A DNA stretch of 64,000 bases from IMG/VR virus record IMGVR_UViG_3300018954_000017, positions 2,216 to 66,215 of that record. One strand, written 5' to 3'. Of the stretch, positions 10,359 through 20,131 are shown in pieces. The position numbers and the translations under genes are program-made. The number at the start of each line of letters is the position of its first letter. Position 1 is the first letter of the stretch. The notes beneath the pieces are model-generated. The model saw only the letters and a list, made by a program, of their open reading frames with translations, did no database searches and had not been told where the DNA came from. This stretch comes from a virus.

Positions 10359-11591
10359 TTAGAGTTTTGACCAAGGTATTACTCTAAGGTTCCCACAAGA
10401 CCTTCGGACACAAACACGGGGTTCCTCATCTTTGTCCCCGTCATGCCACAAATAATCTGTCACAAGGTCATCCAGCAACCCTTGAGGCACCTCATCACAC
10501 TCGGCTTCTGCTTTGTAACCCTCAACTATTGGATACAACTTGCCCCGTTCTAACTCTTTCTGAAACCTAGTCAGACTTTTGTGCCAGGAACCCTTCAAAA
10601 GCCCCGCTTCTGACAACCTATGCTTAACTGTTATATAGACCCGACTACATTCAGCAGGATCGGGAGCTATACGGGGCTGCAAGGTAGGTTCAAAGGGTGG
10701 CTCGTCGGATTGGGCGTCCCACGGGTCGGGCGGGTTTTGCGGGGCTTCTAGCGCGGGTTCGGCTGGCGAAATTTGCGCGGCGGAAATCGTATTTAATTGA
10801 CCACACTGATCCATTATCTTTTGCACGGGTATTTCATCTTCTCGTCTTCCGGGTTCACTAACTAGCCCGTGTTCTAGATTCTTTTTCGATGAATCGAAGT
10901 CAGTAAGGCTTGCCTCCGGATTCTCTTCACGAGTCAACTTAGCGTCGGGAGCCGGAGCAGACCCCGTAACCTTAGTGCAGGGGGCTAGCTCCGAGCAACC
11001 AGAGCGAGATATAGACGAAGAATCTTTTTGTAGATCTCGATCAGTCTCATTTAGTCTTATTAAGTCTAGAGGAGAATAAGAACCAGACAGGGAAAGGGTT
11101 TCGCTTTCGATAGCGTGTCTTTCCTGATCGATAGCGTGTCTTTCCTGATCGATAGCGTGTCTTTCCTGATCGATAGCGTGTCTTTCCTGACACGGTATTT
11201 CTTTTGGTTCCAAAGGTTCTGAATTCGACTGTGCATTGGTTTCGCCCTCTTGGGCTTTCCAATAATCCATCTCAGATCCATGCAAGTTCTTGACCATCCA
11301 GTGTTGGATTTTACGTCGATCACGTCCGTAATATTTCGGTTCAAACTCGAATAGTCCTTCATCTTCCAGCACCAGTCTCGCCCTTTTGAAGGAAGTTTCT
11401 TTTAAGTGGGTTTTAAGTGGTTTGAAATTTTCTCCGAACGGATCTGCCAACGATGCCTCAATCCACAATTTGATAACGCACTCGTTCTGCGTCAACAACC
11501 ACTCTCCATCATCTTCCGACATTTTTGCAAAGCGCTTGTTCAATCTTTTTGCTACACTTGACTTACTCATTGTATTAACCTTCAATGACAC
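10359..11591 (-). CDS. Putative replication initiator (lambda O-like layout: N-terminal HTH-like domain, internal iterons)
   Basis: 410 aa; four tandem RHAIDQE repeats in a low-complexity middle; lies between RHH regulators and the SSB/primase cluster; start may be ATG 11570. Confidence 0.6.
   Translation of the reverse strand: MSLKVNTMSKSSVAKRLNKRFAKMSEDDGEWLLTQNECVIKLWIEASLADPFGENFKPLKTHLKETSFKRARLVLEDEGLFEFEPKYYGRDRRKIQHWMVKNLHGSEMDYWKAQEGETNAQSNSEPLEPKEIPCQERHAIDQERHAIDQERHAIDQERHAIESETLSLSGSYSPLDLIRLNETDRDLQKDSSSISRSGCSELAPCTKVTGSAPAPDAKLTREENPEASLTDFDSSKKNLEHGLVSEPGRREDEIPVQKIMDQCGQLNTISAAQISPAEPALEAPQNPPDPWDAQSDEPPFEPTLQPRIAPDPAECSRVYITVKHRLSEAGLLKGSWHKSLTRFQKELERGKLYPIVEGYKAEAECDEVPQGLLDDLVTDYLWHDGDKDEEPRVCVRRSCGNLRVIPWSKL
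11107..11190. repeat. 4 x 21-bp perfect tandem repeat (iteron-like, candidate origin)
   Basis: TCGATAGCGTGTCTTTCCTGA x4 inside the initiator ORF. Confidence 0.95.
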
Positions 11592-11662
11592 TAGATTCGC
11601 CGTCGTCAGCCATTGCAGCTTGCGGCGGCTTTTGCTATGCTTATGATAGCAAAGATACCTAA

Positions 11663-11881
11663 TTGACTGCTATGAATTTTACATTAAGACTCCCTCCCAA
11701 TGAGGAAGCGATCATTAGTCACTATTGTGCGCTAACGGGGCGAACGAAGACTGACGTGATCAGAGAGTTTGTCCGGTCACTAGACCAAAAGAACTGGTTC
11801 CTTGAGGGTAATCAACAGCCTCTATCAGAGCCGCTTAAGCCGCAATCGTGGGACGAGTGGAGCGTTGACAATCTATGGTAA
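11663..11881 (+). CDS. CopG/ribbon-helix-helix regulator
   Basis: MNFTLRLPPNEEAIISHYCALTGRTKTDVIREFVRSL; divergent from the initiator gene. Confidence 0.75.
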   Translation: MTAMNFTLRLPPNEEAIISHYCALTGRTKTDVIREFVRSLDQKNWFLEGNQQPLSEPLKPQSWDEWSVDNLW

Positions 11882-11931
11882 TCGATTACCCGTTTTACCC
11901 AATCACAATGCTTGCAGATTAGGAATAAGTC

Positions 11932-12357
11932 ATGAAACGCACCCCAAACGACCAACCCCGTCGTCCTCGCACAGTCTACCTCACAGACGCCGCCTGGGAA
12001 GCTATAGAGGCAATGGGAGCACGAAAGGGTTACTCTCGGTCTGAAATGATTGAGCAGGCTGTGAGACAGAATGTGGCTATGTATGAGACTTTGCCAGCAG
12101 AAGTTGTTGCTGTCTTACGATCTCCCGAAGGATGGAAATTCACAGACTCTGGAAAGTTAATGGGTGCTTATCGAGGAATACGCATCCTTTTGCATTTTGA
12201 AGATTCTAATTGGGTAGCAAACTTTTTCTCTCCAGGTCACGATATGATTGTTGGTCATTCTTGTGAAGGTGACCTGATTACAAGTGTTGAGTATGTCCAA
12301 GATTATATCGACTCATTCTTGGATGATGACAAACTTCCATTCACCGACGATTTCTAA
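11932..12357 (+). CDS. RHH-domain regulator with C-terminal extension
   Basis: RTVYLTDAAWEAIEAMGARKGYSRSEMIEQAVR. Confidence 0.7.
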   Translation: MKRTPNDQPRRPRTVYLTDAAWEAIEAMGARKGYSRSEMIEQAVRQNVAMYETLPAEVVAVLRSPEGWKFTDSGKLMGAYRGIRILLHFEDSNWVANFFSPGHDMIVGHSCEGDLITSVEYVQDYIDSFLDDDKLPFTDDF

Positions 12358-12378
12358 AACTTAACAAAACATCCCTGC

Positions 12379-12437
12379 AACCTCCACGTTCCTTTCAGTC
12401 ACTGTAGTGAGCGAAGCGAACGTGGAGGTTTTCTTTT
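12379..12437 (+). terminator. Intrinsic terminator
   Basis: 12-bp stem AACCTCCACGTT/AACGTGGAGGTT followed by a T-rich tract. Confidence 0.7.
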
Positions 12438-12530
12438 GCTAGCCATAGTCTGACTATTGTGGGGCGAATGAGGGGGATGAGGCAGGGACTGAGAGGGGTT
12501 CTAGATACTATTTAAAATATTTTTGTTTCA

Positions 12531-12935
12531 AAACCGGACACCTGATCACAAAATCCGGACTGTCCGAAATCTCTACGTATGCGCCTCACTAAATGACACA
12601 TGGTGTACTTGGTGTCCGAATTCACTGTCCGGTTATTAAGCCAGTCCTATTGACTGTCCGAGTTTTACATTTCGCGGATTTTTACTGTCCGAATTCTAAA
12701 AATATGATAGACATCCACCAATTTGCTGTGGATAGCCATCAATATTTATCTGCCAGCGCCCAGTATTTCTAACAACTAATGACTGACTACTGAACACTCT
12801 ATTGCAATCTATTCTCAACAACTACCTTACTAAGTATTTATACCTGTCCGAATTTACTGTCCGGTTAGGTGTCCGGTTTTATCAAGCCTACTTATAGGCA
12901 CATTGTCACTGTCCGAATTTGTTGTCACAAGCAAA
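12531..12935. repeat. Dispersed non-coding element family B, copy 1 (TGTCCG-rich)
   Basis: Nine TGTCCG hexamers; 13-bp inverted repeat 12531-12543/12867-12879; colinear with 49236-49615. Confidence 0.85.
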
Positions 12936-12999
12936 AGTAATTCTTTAGCCTACAAATGCTCGACCAAAGTATTACTAAAGATGACTATAGTTGCCATAG

Positions 13000-13027
13000 A
13001 AAAGCCCTCTAGTTAACTCTAGAGGGC
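13000..13027 (-). terminator. Intrinsic terminator
   Basis: GCCCTCTAG/CTAGAGGGC stem with a T-tract on the minus strand. Confidence 0.7.
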
Positions 13028-13053
13028 GCGTGAGAGGCTTTAGGTAGCTGTTG

Positions 13054-13296
13054 TTAACGGTCGTCGTGTTGCGGGATTGTGAACCAACTGTTAAGCCATT
13101 TACCTAGTGCGGGATCTGCAAGTTTGACTGATTCATAACAATTGCTTGCCAATGAACTTGCAAGTTTTTCACCAAAGATTATGCCAGCCAAATCACAGAG
13201 TCTGGACATTTCCCTTTGGTCTTTAGCGAACACTGCGTCGATGAACTTATCAGTGAATTCATCCTCAGTCATCTCAATCGGTTGAAAGAATCTCAT
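13054..13296 (-). CDS. Hypothetical protein
   Basis: 80 aa followed by a terminator. Confidence 0.6.
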   Translation of the reverse strand: MRFFQPIEMTEDEFTDKFIDAVFAKDQREMSRLCDLAGIIFGEKLASSLASNCYESVKLADPALGKWLNSWFTIPQHDDR

Positions 13297-13593
13297 ACTC
13301 GCTCCAAATCCAACTCATCAATTATCTTACCAATCCTATCTGTCACTTCTTGCAAGATTGCTTCGCATACTAGATACTTCTTAAGTGTTACGAAGTAACC
13401 TTGCATCTCTCGTGCCAATTGCTGCCAACGTTCCGCTCGTGGTTTGACATTTGCTACTCAAGACAGCAGATGTTGCACTACATGAAAGGTTGCTTCGCAA
13501 CACTAAAGATGTTTGTTTAATCTTGCGAAGCAAGTTTGCACCTGAAGCACTACCTGCGGTTAACGGGTTTCTGGGTTTGATTGCGCCTGGAGT

Positions 13594-13974
13594 CTAAAAA
13601 TACTCAAATCCTTTGTTCAACAAAAGTTCTCTTGTGATATCTGGTGTGTGCTGAAGTTCTGCATATAGGGCTTCAGCCTCTTCTGTTTGATCTAGAGTGA
13701 AATCTTTGATGATACCGAGGTCGTCATTGCCCCAAGCTGCAACACGGACGAATGACGACGCGGGATTAGTATGAACGGTGCGACTTATTTTTAACTCCAC
13801 ATACTCTTCACCGTCCCAACTCCACGGTTTGGTGTCATCATAATACGCAGGACGATCTGCATTCATTCCGTACCGCTCATAGAATGTTGTGCCGTCTTCG
13901 TAGTAGTTGCCACACCACTGATCGGAAGTTTTGACGAAACAACTTTTTTGATAGCTTCCTTTTAAATCTAGCAT
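13594..13974 (-). CDS. Hypothetical phage protein
   Basis: 126 aa, GGAGG RBS. Confidence 0.65.
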   Translation of the reverse strand: MLDLKGSYQKSCFVKTSDQWCGNYYEDGTTFYERYGMNADRPAYYDDTKPWSWDGEEYVELKISRTVHTNPASSFVRVAAWGNDDLGIIKDFTLDQTEEAEALYAELQHTPDITRELLLNKGFEYF

Positions 13975-14033
13975 TTCATCCTCCGGTAATCAGTAAAACC
14001 TTTTTTGATAGCAAATGTGACCCTGAGTGAACT

Positions 14034-14294
14034 TTAATCATCTCTCATCCTTTCTAACCTAAATTGAGAAGACTCGTCTTGAGCAATGTAGTCGTCATTG
14101 GTTCGCTTCACAACAGCGATTACTTCGTCGGGCATATGCGGATCATACAGCCAATACTCGTTAGCTGTCAGAGTACCAAAGATTCGCTTTAGATGGCAAT
14201 GGTAGCTTGTGCTGTATCGCTCGCACCCGCTACTTTTGGGTGGCGTTGGATTTAGGTTGGCAAACGGGCAGTTGATTGCTTTACAAATGTTCAT
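14034..14294 (-). CDS. Small Cys/His-rich protein
   Basis: 86 aa with CxxxxC...CxxY...HCH. Confidence 0.6.
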   Translation of the reverse strand: MNICKAINCPFANLNPTPPKSSGCERYSTSYHCHLKRIFGTLTANEYWLYDPHMPDEVIAVVKRTNDDYIAQDESSQFRLERMRDD

Positions 14295-14596
14295 TTTAGT
14301 TCCCTAAATTACTGTCAGTGTGATTAGATTCGACCTCCACTATCATGTCATGAGCTAGCTGTTGATCCCAATAGAATCTCGCGTACCAAGGTTGCTTCGC
14401 AACACTTAACTTGTTTAATTGGTGACCGAAGTGAACTTGCATAGACCGAGAGAACCAACGGAGTAGATGGAACCAAGTTTAGTCATTCGAGTCGTTTGGT
14501 GGGTATCTACTAGTAATTTTACATTAAGCGAATGCGTGTGTCTACAGTATCCTAGACTCCCCTGGCAAGCTAACGTAGAGCTAAAGTCCACTTACA

Positions 14597-15472
14597 GTGA
14601 GTAAAACGAACGTGCCACCAAAGCCAGAGGAATATCGGTACATTCAGGGAAAATTTGGGAACGGAAAGATTCCGATGTGTGGGTGTAAGCGGGTCAAATG
14701 CCGCGATTGTGGGCGTCGGTTCCCGAAAGAAGAACACGAGCTAGACGATTGCCCCGATTGTGGGAAGGAACGATATTGTACGAATGCAAGAATCAAAGAT
14801 CCAAATAATCCTGGCAAGTGGTTACCTTGCTCGATCCACGGGGGAAAATCTTTTAAGTCTAGAGGAGCTGCTCATCCAAATTACAAGGATGGTAAATATA
14901 GCCGCCATATGCCTGCTAGACTCCTTGAAGCTTACGATCAATCTCGCAATGACCCAGACATTCTCTCACTTAACGAAGACATCTCACTCACGGAAGCTAG
15001 AGTTGCTGACGTACTCCAACGGGTAGACACCGCTGAGTCTGGCGCGATGTGGGATGAGTTGAGTAAGTTGGGGAAGGAGATTAAACTTGCTCGTAAGTCG
15101 GGCGATCCTGGTCTAGTCGAGGATCTGTTTGACGAGATGTTGAAGTTGATTGCTAAGGGTAAGGGCGATCGCGAGAACTGGCGGGAGATTGGCGACCTAC
15201 TCGAACGTAAGCGAAAACTCTCTGAGAGCCAGCTCAAGCTACTTGTGACGAAGCAAGAGTTCATTAGCCGACAACAGGCAGTCGTCCTCGTCAGTCATCT
15301 CGTAGAGGTCGTTAAGACTCATGTGACAGACTCTAACACCAAGAGGCGCATCATGGGCGGCATTAGTCAGCTAATGAACTTGCAAGAGGGACAGTCAATC
15401 TCAGAGATACCTGGATTGACCAGTTTTCAGGAGAAGAAGGTTGAAGTGGAAGAGTTTGATGACGACGATTAG
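14597..15472 (+). CDS. terS: Terminase small subunit-like protein (HGGxS motif, N-terminal Cys-rich domain)
   Basis: CSIHGGKS...G..HPNYKDGKYS followed by LSLNEDISLTEARV helices, a pattern typical of HGGxSTG-type TerS; lies far from the head module. Confidence 0.6.
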   Translation: MSKTNVPPKPEEYRYIQGKFGNGKIPMCGCKRVKCRDCGRRFPKEEHELDDCPDCGKERYCTNARIKDPNNPGKWLPCSIHGGKSFKSRGAAHPNYKDGKYSRHMPARLLEAYDQSRNDPDILSLNEDISLTEARVADVLQRVDTAESGAMWDELSKLGKEIKLARKSGDPGLVEDLFDEMLKLIAKGKGDRENWREIGDLLERKRKLSESQLKLLVTKQEFISRQQAVVLVSHLVEVVKTHVTDSNTKRRIMGGISQLMNLQEGQSISEIPGLTSFQEKKVEVEEFDDDD

Positions 15473-15762
15473 AGTGAAGCTAGGTAGCCTCTCAAAGCTT
15501 TTACTGCGCCTTGCAAGCTATCCCATTGAGTCAATTCTTCAGAATTCTCGTTATTTGTAGCTTCGGTGTAAAGTCCACCACTAATATCACCAAAGAGTTG
15601 CATATATACAATGGTTTTGCTTTTCATGTTAATTTGTTTGAGCAGTTCGCGCATTTGCCAAAGTTGCTCAAGCTCAAACCTTTCGGAATCGGATAGATTG
15701 TCTAACATCGTTGTATCCTTTATAGTTTTGCAGTAGATGCGCCCAAGTTTGCTATTGGTCAC
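15469..15762 (-). CDS. Hypothetical protein (paralogue of 15752 and 20704)
   Basis: Shares QLW...LFxDxSG...W..L..A...L..YL pattern; start may be ATG 15708. Confidence 0.55.
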   Translation of the reverse strand: MTNSKLGRIYCKTIKDTTMLDNLSDSERFELEQLWQMRELLKQINMKSKTIVYMQLFGDISGGLYTEATNNENSEELTQWDSLQGAVKALRGYLASL

Positions 15763-15961
15763 CTAAGTATTGCTTAAGCCTTTCGATGGCGTCGTCAAGA
15801 TTGCCCCAATCAACCAGCAAGGCGTAATTATCACCAATTAGAGAACCTGAACCATCTTCAAATAGAGTGATTTCAGGATAACTCATGCTGCACTGATTTT
15901 TAATTTGACAAAATAGTCGCCAGATTTGCACTAACTTCTCTTCATTCGCTGTCAGATTCAT
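15752..15961 (-). CDS. Hypothetical protein (paralogue family)
   Basis: 69 aa, KLVQIWRLF...LFEDGSG...W.NLDDAIERLKQYL. Confidence 0.6.
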   Translation of the reverse strand: MNLTANEEKLVQIWRLFCQIKNQCSMSYPEITLFEDGSGSLIGDNYALLVDWGNLDDAIERLKQYLGDQ

Positions 15962-16367
15962 GAGCCAGCTCCTCCTGTAATTTATCCATTTGTGGTTTCA
16001 ACGCCTCATGAACTTCTTCAGTCAACCCTAGCGCATCACAAGCTGACATTAGCTGACCGGGGGTGAAATCTCCTTGGTGACTACGGTAGTCACCGAAGAT
16101 GCTCTTGAGCTTATGGTAAGCTGTGGTTGCTACAGTATCTTCGTATAAGTCGCGGTCTGAGAGGTGGATACGGTACGATGCACCGTAACAGGTATCATGT
16201 AATAGATCTTCAAGTCGAAACCGTACATCTCGTGGAACTTCGGAAACCTCAAAATACTTGCGACCAACTGTGGTAACAGTGACCCATTGACACCGTTTAA
16301 CTCCTGCACCTTCAAACCGTAAATTGAGTCTCTCTAAGATAACTCTCTGACCAACTTCAAGTTTCAT
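15942..16367 (-). CDS. Hypothetical phage protein
   Basis: ATG 16367 directly follows the stop of the small peptide gene. Confidence 0.65.
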   Translation of the reverse strand: MKLEVGQRVILERLNLRFEGAGVKRCQWVTVTTVGRKYFEVSEVPRDVRFRLEDLLHDTCYGASYRIHLSDRDLYEDTVATTAYHKLKSIFGDYRSHQGDFTPGQLMSACDALGLTEEVHEALKPQMDKLQEELAHESDSE

Positions 16368-16368
16368 C

Positions 16369-16497
16369 TTACTCTCTCCCACATCCAGGTACGGGTGATT
16401 CAGTTCTTTGTGAGCATTCGTCGCTATTGTCAGCTATTGCGGACGGAATGACGGTCACCGCTATTAGGGCTAGTAAAGCTAGGCAAATAGTTTTCAT
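16369..16497 (-). CDS. 42-aa secreted peptide (signal peptide + 20-aa mature part), absent from the ORF track
   Basis: Hand translation MKTICLALLALIAVTVIPSAIADNSDECSQRTESPVPGCGRE; ATGA overlap upstream, next ATG 1 nt after the stop. Confidence 0.7.
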   Translation of the reverse strand: MKTICLALLALIAVTVIPSAIADNSDECSQRTESPVPGCGRE

Positions 16498-16625
16498 GCT
16501 TTCCTCTTCTTTAGTGCGTCTTTGGTGTCTACATCAATCATCTTATATCCCACGGCAGTGTTAATAACCTCTGCGACTACGATGATACTAACTAGAATTG
16601 CGATCGACTCTAATGTCTCTTTCAT
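16494..16625 (-). CDS. 43-aa single-TM protein, absent from the ORF track
   Basis: MKETLESIAILVSIIVVAEVINTAVG...; coupled to the peptide gene. Confidence 0.55.
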   Translation of the reverse strand: MKETLESIAILVSIIVVAEVINTAVGYKMIDVDTKDALKKRKA

Positions 16626-16676
16626 GTTACTTGCTCTGAAGGTTAGCGGTAGATGCTCCTGTAATCTATAGCCAGT

Positions 16677-16964
16677 CTACAGTTCGGCAAGGGCGGCGTC
16701 AACTGTGTCGAACCAATATTCAGAAAGCAACATGACCAAATTTCGACTGCCATCAGGTCGGTGTCCAATGATAGCAATGCATTCATCAGCAACATCGCCA
16801 TCAAATACTTCAACATCAGGAAACACCCGTCTGGTAATTGATGGCGATGTTGCTGATGCTCGTCTCCAAATCTCGTCAAACTTTTTTTGGTCACTATCGG
16901 AAATTACTGCACAGCCATAGAAAAACATTAGATCTCGCAATTGTTGCAATTCTTCTTTCATCAC
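16677..16964 (-). CDS. Hypothetical protein
   Basis: 95 aa, coupled. Confidence 0.6.
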   Translation of the reverse strand: MMKEELQQLRDLMFFYGCAVISDSDQKKFDEIWRRASATSPSITRRVFPDVEVFDGDVADECIAIIGHRPDGSRNLVMLLSEYWFDTVDAALAEL

Positions 16965-17332
16965 TCTCTCTCCACGTAAATTCCGTTGTGAGCTGTAACT
17001 AGCACTCGCGCGCCGGAGTAGACAGGAGCACCTGTAGTTTGGTCAACAAATGTTGCAAACTTGTAAGGGTTGTAAATCACCCAGCGAGCATTTTCTCTGT
17101 TAAAGATTCGGTCTACATCCAAGACCCAGGCGTAAGGCGTCTCAAATGCTTGCTCCAACATTCCTATAGTGAACGCATGAACATTCTTCTGCTGCTCTCG
17201 CAACACTCGCTGCTTGCCCGACTCTCGCACCCTAAATTCAACATCGGTCAATATTACTGCCTCAGCATGTTCGCTTCGCTCAACTCGTGCAGAAGATTTG
17301 TCTGTCATTTTGCGAACGATTGCGTAGCACAT
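16961..17332 (-). CDS. Conserved phage protein (KNVHA...YNPYK family)
   Basis: VEFRVRESGKQRVLREQQKNVHAF and VIYNPYK motifs recalled from widespread phage hypotheticals. Confidence 0.65.
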   Translation of the reverse strand: MCYAIVRKMTDKSSARVERSEHAEAVILTDVEFRVRESGKQRVLREQQKNVHAFTIGMLEQAFETPYAWVLDVDRIFNRENARWVIYNPYKFATFVDQTTGAPVYSGARVLVTAHNGIYVERE

Positions 17333-17461
17333 GACCTACGACGGCATTAGCTTGCATTAGGCTGAGACAATTGCGGCGAAGGTTGCGGTAGACGTAAATC
17401 TTCTTAGCTGGGTTGAGGGGTTTCATAAGGCTTTACTACAAGGTAAACATCTCCCTGTAAA

Positions 17462-17866
17462 TCATGGCTCACCTCTTGCGTCAATTACTTTGTCGTTCAA
17501 GTACTGCCGTAGTACACCGATGTCGGCTTCTGCAATCTCCTGTCCTTCATCCCAAGACCAAGTTGTACGACCATAATAGAGATCGTCTAGTTCGGTGTCG
17601 GGGTCGTTGGAACATCCACGCCAATAGATGATCTTTTCTTTGAAGGTCAAGTTAGCTTTGATGAGATCCCAAGGGTATTGATCAGACCGGATATCGTACA
17701 AGTCATTATCTTGTTCAGCATACTTGTAACTACTTGCCCTATTAGCTTTCAACCACTCGTAGACTTGTTCGTCATTTTCTGCAATCAGCAGACAATCAAT
17801 GCCACTTTTGGCATCTTTAGGACTGTAATGAGTCAGCGTTATTGTGTAGAGTTTCATTTTACGCAA
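17462..17866 (-). CDS. Conserved hypothetical phage protein
   Basis: 134 aa, DLYYGxTxWSW-type C-terminus. Confidence 0.65.
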   Translation of the reverse strand: MRKMKLYTITLTHYSPKDAKSGIDCLLIAENDEQVYEWLKANRASSYKYAEQDNDLYDIRSDQYPWDLIKANLTFKEKIIYWRGCSNDPDTELDDLYYGRTTWSWDEGQEIAEADIGVLRQYLNDKVIDARGEP

Positions 17867-18107
17867 GAGTTAGTTTTTCCCAATCCGTGAAAGCTACCTG
17901 ATGTTGTTGGGCAAGGACTATGAGTTGAGCCTGTGAAGTAGCTCTCACTCCAATACCTGAACCAACCAATGCTTCTGCTGCGACTAAAGTATCTGATGCT
18001 TGCACTGGCTTCTCAACACACGAGCCATTAGTGCTGAGGTAATAACGACCTAGTACGAGCCGTGTCGCATCCTGTGGTTCATTGGTCAACGAGTTCCAAA
18101 CTTTCAT
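17859..18107 (-). CDS. Hypothetical protein
   Basis: 82 aa, co-oriented. Confidence 0.55.
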   Translation of the reverse strand: MKVWNSLTNEPQDATRLVLGRYYLSTNGSCVEKPVQASDTLVAAEALVGSGIGVRATSQAQLIVLAQQHQVAFTDWEKLTLA

Positions 18108-18142
18108 TGTGTTGCACCCTGCAAAAAACTGTTTTCCCTAGT

Positions 18143-18412
18143 CTAACTTAGATCACTGGATTGCAATTGCTCCTCAGAATACCAACACCCTCGACCCTCA
18201 CCAAAGCTAATGAGATAGACCGCTTCATACGGTAGATGCTGTCGTAGTCTACGATCCCAGCGACGATTGAGCTGACCAGCCATTACCGTACCTTGAGATT
18301 GATATCCACCGAAACTGACCAAAACTTTATCAGGATAGTTGAATTTCATGTTCGCTTCGCTCAACCCGCTACTTATATTGTTTGTATTTCCGCGAACGTT
18401 AGCAACGCTCAT
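18143..18412 (-). CDS. Hypothetical protein
   Basis: 89 aa; real start may be internal (MKFNYP). Confidence 0.5.
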   Translation of the reverse strand: MSVANVRGNTNNISSGLSEANMKFNYPDKVLVSFGGYQSQGTVMAGQLNRRWDRRLRQHLPYEAVYLISFGEGRGCWYSEEQLQSSDLS

Positions 18413-18699
18413 GACGCCAATACCTCATCTAACCAATTGAACATTGAGTGGTTTTCGTTTGCCAATGCTGTTGCAATTGTATGACTACCGCCAGCTTTAG
18501 CTAATGCTAGTGTGACTCGTGCAGTGGATGCCAAATCCTTGATCATCTTTGTACTGTAACCTTGAGTGCGCGAGTTAACTATAGCCTGCCTGAGTGTTGC
18601 TATAGAGTCCTCTATTAAACTCCAGTGCGACTCTAAAGGAAATTCGTCAGTCTGTAGCACGAGTCGGTCTAATGTTGCTATTGCTTGTTCTACTTTCAT
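18409..18699 (-). CDS. Hypothetical protein
   Basis: 96 aa helical. Confidence 0.55.
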   Translation of the reverse strand: MKVEQAIATLDRLVLQTDEFPLESHWSLIEDSIATLRQAIVNSRTQGYSTKMIKDLASTARVTLALAKAGGSHTIATALANENHSMFNWLDEVLAS

Positions 18700-18780
18700 C
18701 CGGGTGTCCTGCTAATGTAATCACAGTTTAGTAGTTGCACCCGGAGATTAACCGGGAGACGTGGCAGTTATTGGGAGCGC

Positions 18781-19260
18781 CTACATCTTTTCCATGCCGA
18801 TCGCAAACAGTAGAGACTCTGTAACACTGCCCACTGCCGTTAGATAACCATGCAATCCTCTCGCTTGCTCTAGCTCGCGGGAGTAGTTAAAACGTAGTTC
18901 GTAACCCGTCGAATCTGACAGATGGACTGTGACAGTTACCAAATCTGCTTCTCGCATCGTCGTCAACACAACATCAAACAGCTTGTACTCAATCTCACCA
19001 TCATCATCCACTGACAACCCTTGAGTCATTTTAGGCTGCTCTAGTGGCTCAAGCTTGCCTATAGTGAGCCACTGCTTGAATATGGGGCAATCAAACAGAT
19101 ATTGTAATGTCTCATCGTGCCGACGAATGCCTGCGATAGTTCCTGTGTAACCAGATGTTGTGTGAACTGCGCTCTCACCGATTACAAATGCTGCGTGTGG
19201 AAGCCTCATGATTACTGCCTCAGTTATTGGTGGGTATTTACTATTGTGCGGTAGATGCAC
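18781..19260 (-). CDS. Hypothetical protein
   Basis: 159 aa, co-oriented. Confidence 0.55.
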   Translation of the reverse strand: MHLPHNSKYPPITEAVIMRLPHAAFVIGESAVHTTSGYTGTIAGIRRHDETLQYLFDCPIFKQWLTIGKLEPLEQPKMTQGLSVDDDGEIEYKLFDVVLTTMREADLVTVTVHLSDSTGYELRFNYSRELEQARGLHGYLTAVGSVTESLLFAIGMEKM

Positions 19261-19273
19261 TCTCGTGTCAAGT

Positions 19274-19606
19274 TTAGGTCAACTTTTGATTGTGGGAGTG
19301 AGGGCGATTTGCAATTACAACATTGCCTGTGTAATAAGGTTCATTCATGATAGCCTCTCCAGTTGCACAGATTATGTTGTACATTCGTTGACCACCATTT
19401 TTAATGTATGAGCCAACTATTTTGAGTTCCGATGACCATTGCTCATCTAAAGGAATTTCGTAGCCGTTTACGGTGTGAAGCCAGATTGAGTAAGTTCCAG
19501 ATGGCAACTCATCATAGTAGTCAACCTCTAGATCTTTTAAAACTCCGCCACAAGTCTCCCAGTCAAGTTTGACAGGTAAATCGTTCATAGTTTCACTCCA
19601 TCTCAA
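19274..19606 (-). CDS. Hypothetical protein
   Basis: 110 aa, co-oriented. Confidence 0.55.
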   Translation of the reverse strand: MRWSETMNDLPVKLDWETCGGVLKDLEVDYYDELPSGTYSIWLHTVNGYEIPLDEQWSSELKIVGSYIKNGGQRMYNIICATGEAIMNEPYYTGNVVIANRPHSHNQKLT

Positions 19607-19952
19607 ACCAAAAAGTGTTGACCGCTTTTATGCTAACTCCAGTCGTACTAAAGTCGCCATCGAAGCGAACGTGGACGATTTCTGAATCAGGATATGCATT
19701 AGCAAATGATGCCAACCCATATTTTGTATCTAACCGCAGCCCCTTACCCGTTCTAGATAATTCGTTCAGTCTTCTCAGTATTCGGTACGACTGATTTCCT
19801 TCAATTCCATCATACGCCGCCCGTAGCTCTTGCAAATGCTGCTGTAGCTCGCTAGCGGTCGCAGCTGTGAAGATTGGGTGATCGTGGTCAGTGGTGTACA
19901 TTAGAGATCCTCGAAATCTAGGATAATGGCGTCGAAAGCTAATTCGGAACAT
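19593..19952 (-). CDS. Hypothetical protein
   Basis: Real start probably internal (MYTTDH). Confidence 0.5.
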   Translation of the reverse strand: MFRISFRRHYPRFRGSLMYTTDHDHPIFTAATASELQQHLQELRAAYDGIEGNQSYRILRRLNELSRTGKGLRLDTKYGLASFANAYPDSEIVHVRFDGDFSTTGVSIKAVNTFWFEME

Positions 19953-20128
19953 ACCTCTAATGGCGGATAAGCATATGATTCACATATGGAACCGTTGTTA
20001 GAGAACGCTAATTTGAGGACGGTTACAGCTTGAAGTCGCTCAAATTTTTCTGTGTAGATGTTTGACCTGACTATTTGGGCTTTGGGCGGCATTTGTTGCA
20101 ATAACTCAATCAACTGTTCTGCGGTCAT
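19901..20128 (-). CDS. Hypothetical protein
   Basis: MTAEQLIELLQQMPPKAQIV N-terminus common in small phage proteins. Confidence 0.6.
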   Translation of the reverse strand: MTAEQLIELLQQMPPKAQIVRSNIYTEKFERLQAVTVLKLAFSNNGSICESYAYPPLEVCSELAFDAIILDFEDL

Positions 20129-20131
20129 TCG

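Noticed and set aside
11107-11190. Tandem repeat as a mini-CRISPR array
   Set aside because: The units are contiguous with no spacers and are in-frame inside a CDS
12797-12818. Fur box in the conserved 22-mer of family B
   Set aside because: Only one half-site (TGAGAAT) fits the 7-1-7 consensus; too weak to call
16961-17332. Assignment of the KNVHA/YNPYK protein to a known anti-defence sponge family
   Set aside because: I could not match it with confidence to any characterised sequence; an HMM search is needed
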